Below the pieces are notes generated by a model. The model saw nothing but the letters and a program-made list of their open reading frames with translations, was not told the DNA's origin and did not search any database. Source: Prorocentrum cordatum (Eukaryota). Taken from it: 56,187 nucleotides of DNA. Shown in pieces: positions 52,813 through 56,187 of the stretch; within the stretch, counting starts at the first letter, position 1, and every line of letters begins with the position of its first letter. A program made the position numbers and the translations under genes. The stretch spans positions 62,001-118,187 of the forward strand of contig CAUYUJ010000105.1 in assembly GCA_963575745.1 (NCBI GenBank). Reading direction: 5' to 3'.

Positions 52813-53030
52813 GTCAGGGGCGATGTTAGGGGGGATAGGCTCAGGGGGAAGGTGCATCGACCCCAAATCGCCCATTCATCGCCAATATGGACCCTATAGC
52901 CCACACCACCCAGGAGCGTTGCGGATTTGCTATCGGGAGCCTATCGCCGATCTATCGTCGATGTATTGTCGATTCCAGGTCGATGTTTTCCCCCGAGCCG
53001 GCCCGTCCCCCCTGATGTTGCCGTCACGAG

Positions 53031-55378
53031 GGAGATTGTGGCGACCCTGATAACGGCGCCCTGCCAGCTGGAGACGCTCAAGATCGGTGACAACGAGCTC
53101 AACAACGAAACGGGCGAGGAGGTTGCGAGGTTCCTGAACTCCGGGAGCGCCAGCAGGAAGTCCCTCAGGTCGCTGGACCTCGGCTCGCGCTCGTCGTTCA
53201 CGCGGGGCTTCGAGGCGTGCGACCTCCTGAGGGGCTGCAGGGCCGCGCTGCAGAGCCTGGTCTTCCGTGGGCAGAGCCTCGAGGTCGAAGACCGCTGCAA
53301 GTTCATCTTTGCGGGCTGCAAGCACTGCATGGACCTGGCCAGCCTCGACGTGGGCCTGATCAAGATCGACAGGAGCGAGGGCTCGAAGCTGCGGGTGGGC
53401 AAGCTCTTCGAGAGGCCGCTGACGTTCCTGCTGACCGACGGCATGGCGGGAAACGACCCCACGAAGAGGGTGGATGCGGTGAAAGACTACATGGTGGTGT
53501 CGGCGTCGCGGATCGAGCTGATCGAGTTCTTGATCAAGCAGCGGAACGAGCCGCCTCGCAAGGGCGAGGATGGCAAGCGGGTGCGCCCTTTCGTGGACAC
53601 GCGGGACGCCATCAGCGCCATACATGGCATCGTGAGAATATGTAATGAGGACACGGATTGGCCACAAGAGCTCCGCGACTGGCGCACGAAAGTCGTCGAG
53701 CTGATGCTGGGCCCGACTGCTAAAGAGGGTTTCTGCGAATCCAGATTGGTGCAGCTGCCTGTGTGTACTGCCGTCCTGGCAGCAACGAGTGACGAGAAAG
53801 TGATCCACCACGCGAGCGTGCGCGAGAAGGTGGACGCATGGCAGGTCCGAGCCAAGGAGGACGGGAAGACCGTGCTGCAGGAGGCCATCGAGGCGGAGTG
53901 CTCCGAGATCGCCTGCCTCGTCGTGAAGCGGAACAGCGCGGTGAAGTCCGAGTTCCTGCAGGGGCAGGACAAGCAGGACGTGACGCAGCTGTACTCCTCG
54001 CTGTGCAGCACCGATGGCCAGCAGAAATTCGACCGCGAGCCCGACTACATCGGGATCAACGACCCCTCGGACGCGACCCTCCTGGTGCCCCTGCGAGCCG
54101 CGGCCTCGCGGGGCATGTGGCAGGTGGTGCATGCCTTGCGGCAGGCGGCCAGGTGCGTAGACGGCTACGATCAGAACGTGTTCGGCACGAAGCACAGGCA
54201 GCGCACCGTCTGGCACGACCTCGCGACGCCTGAGTGGAGTGCTGGGGGGCCGAAGGGGCAGCAGGGCCAGCAGTCCGTCAACGCCGCGGAGCAGATCAAC
54301 TGGGCGGAGGACCTCATCACCAAGGACTGCTCGCTCCTGGCGAAGGCCTACGACGACGAAGGGAGGCTTCCCCTGCACTGGGCTGCACAGAACAATCACC
54401 CGCAGCTCACGAGGATCCTCGTGGACCTCTACTGCCCAGGTTACGAGTACCTGCTGAAGAAGCGGGACCTACGCAATTTTAGCCCTCTGGAGTTGGCGGT
54501 GAAGCATGGTAACATTCAGACAGTGAAGGCTCTGGTTGCGGCAACCGAGCAGCACAGCAGCTTGACGAACTTGAGCATCACTTCGAGTTTCAAGAGAGAA
54601 GGCAACCCGTACCTCGACGACAACGAGGCTGGCTGGGGTGCGTCCAAGATCGCACGTTTCCTCTATTGGGTCTTTCGCAATGAGCCGTCCAGGAAGGAGA
54701 TCTGTTGGCCATGCAGTGCCTACCACCTTGTTCTGCTACAGATGAACGTCGTCATGAGGGGCGACCACACGGATATGAATGAAGGCTTGGATATCGACAG
54801 AAAGCACAAACACAAGGGGATATTTGGGCGAGTTTTGAGCCAGCAGTCTTCGATCCAGAGGAGGAAGCGGAAGCGGGGAAGAAAGGCGGCGCCAGATGAG
54901 ACGTCGAAGGAGATCATGCATGCGATCCGGCGCGGTGACGGGGTTACCTACAGAAGGTTATTCTTGATCCGGTACTTGTTGAAGAAGATGACGTTGTGGG
55001 TCGTCATCATGGGTATGCTTTTCCTCGTTGCACAGACAGTATTTGTTGGTGGATGGCTGTCGAACACGAGAATGTCTCCAGCGCTGACGCAACATGCGAC
55101 ATCATGGATGTTCGATTGGAACTTCGAGAAAAACGTTGTAGAATCTGAGGTTCCTTGGGAAACCGAGAAGTTCGCGACGACGTTCTACGACCTGTCGACG
55201 CCAGAAGACGTGTGGACGTTCATAAATGGCACTCTGTTCGGATTCATCTTTCCCGGCCTTGGGCCAGGCGAGGTCGGGTCTTCGTCTTTCTTGATAGGCA
55301 GCCCCGTGATCCAGATGGCGCCCTGGGTCTACGGTGACTGCGACACCCTCCTCATGAAGATCCCCAGGGTGTTCGAAG
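53031..55378 (+). CDS. Host gene exon F: LRR, ankyrin repeats, first TM helix and start of a polycystin/PKD2-like channel domain; 3' boundary tentative
   Basis: LETLKIGDNEL and LRSLDLG (LRR). DGKTVLQEA, DDEGRLPLHWAAQNNH..L..ILV and FSPLELAVKHGNIQTVKALV (ankyrin). Hydrophobic LWVVIMGMLFLVAQTVFV, then TFYDLSTPEDVWTFINGTL and FLIGSPVIQ, resembling the TRPP/PKD2 extracellular domain. Candidate donor GAAG|GC. Confidence 0.8.
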
Positions 55379-55987
55379 GCGGGGACTCATACCGGGCGTT
55401 CCAAGAATGGCTTCGCTTTTGGAGCGTCTCGCCTTCGGCGGAAGCGGGCGGAAGGCCGGCGGCAGGCGTCGGAAGAACCAAAAGCGGCGGGCCCGGTGGA
55501 AGTCAAATTGAGTCTTCGTCATTGTTGGATTATGGTTTCTTGGAGTCGCCCATGGCCTCCGTATCCTCTTGCTCCTCATACACCGTCGCGCCTTCCTCCT
55601 TCCCGAAGATGCGGAGGGGGAAGAAGGGTGGGAGGAGGAGGAGGAGGAGGAGGAGGAGGAGGAGGAGGACCAGTGCAAACCCAAGACGCATCAACGATGT
55701 TGAAATACACTATCCGTCCAAGACCCCTCTCCATAGCCCCCTTACAAGGGGTCAATTTCACAGGCCCAGTTGTGGGCGCGCCAAAACACCAGTCTTAGGA
55801 CTTCAACGGCACGAGTTAACCTGACTGTTAGGTCTTGGCGATCCCGAATCGTGCCAGATCACCGTTCTTGGGACTTCAGCACCGCGAATCGACGTAACTG
55901 TTGTGCCCTGACAACCCTGAATCGTTCCGAACACCGTTTCTAGTCACAAAACTATGAAGACCGATAGCAGTTTGTATGTTGTAATAC

Positions 55988-56187
55988 GAATGTGCGCGGC
56001 GCTGTGGCTTGAGCCACATTTTGAAAAGGAGCCACCCTCGATCCGTGAAGCTCTTGCATTGTTTAACGAATGTGCGCGGCGCTGAGGCGAGAGCCACATT
56101 TTGAAAATGAGCCGCCCTCAATCCCTGAAACTCTTGCCACTTTCTTGCAACGAATGTACGCGGCGCCAAGGCGAGAGCCACATTTCG
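55988..56187. repeat. Second locus of the 85-bp minisatellite family, running off the window end
   Basis: GAATGTGCGCGGCGCTGAGGCGAGAGCCACATTTTGAAA units matching 50120-51290. Confidence 0.9.

Noticed and set aside
52930..54399. 489-aa minus-strand ORF
   Set aside because: Antisense shadow of the GC3-rich exon F.
55400..55824. C-terminal part of the 965-aa ORF, including poly-Arg
   Set aside because: It loses channel-like character and runs into a (GAG)n tract. Most likely read-through into an intron.
56004..56024. SL-like TGGCTCAAG on the minus strand
   Set aside because: A short chance variant of the 85-bp minisatellite unit.

Overview
Eukaryotic, GC-rich, repeat-dense genomic DNA, very probably from a dinoflagellate: there are GA-AG and GC-AG introns with AG|G at both junctions, and relics of the dinoflagellate spliced leader. 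It has three main components. (1) About 0.1-7.3 kb: a decayed CACTA/Mirage/Plavaka (CMC)-like DNA transposon with a DDE transposase, an upstream accessory pseudogene and about 16-20 copies of the palindrome AGCGG-N5-CCGCT. (2) About 7.8-21.0 kb: a frameshifted Helitron-type rolling-circle element. Its polyprotein runs USP/peptidase-C19 deubiquitinase, Zn fingers, HUH Rep, PIF1 helicase and a C-terminal array of 55-aa CxxC repeats. A 458-bp tandem array and a terminal hairpin follow, abutting a (TAG)n tract. (3) 29.1-55.4 kb: six exons of one host gene with SPRY, RI-like LRR, ankyrin and polycystin/PKD2-like channel domains, split by introns of up to 13 kb filled with satellites and microsatellites. 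Most other ORFs in the track are artefacts of simple repeats. No CRISPR array, rRNA or tRNA could be supported. All domain calls come from motif reading, not database searches.
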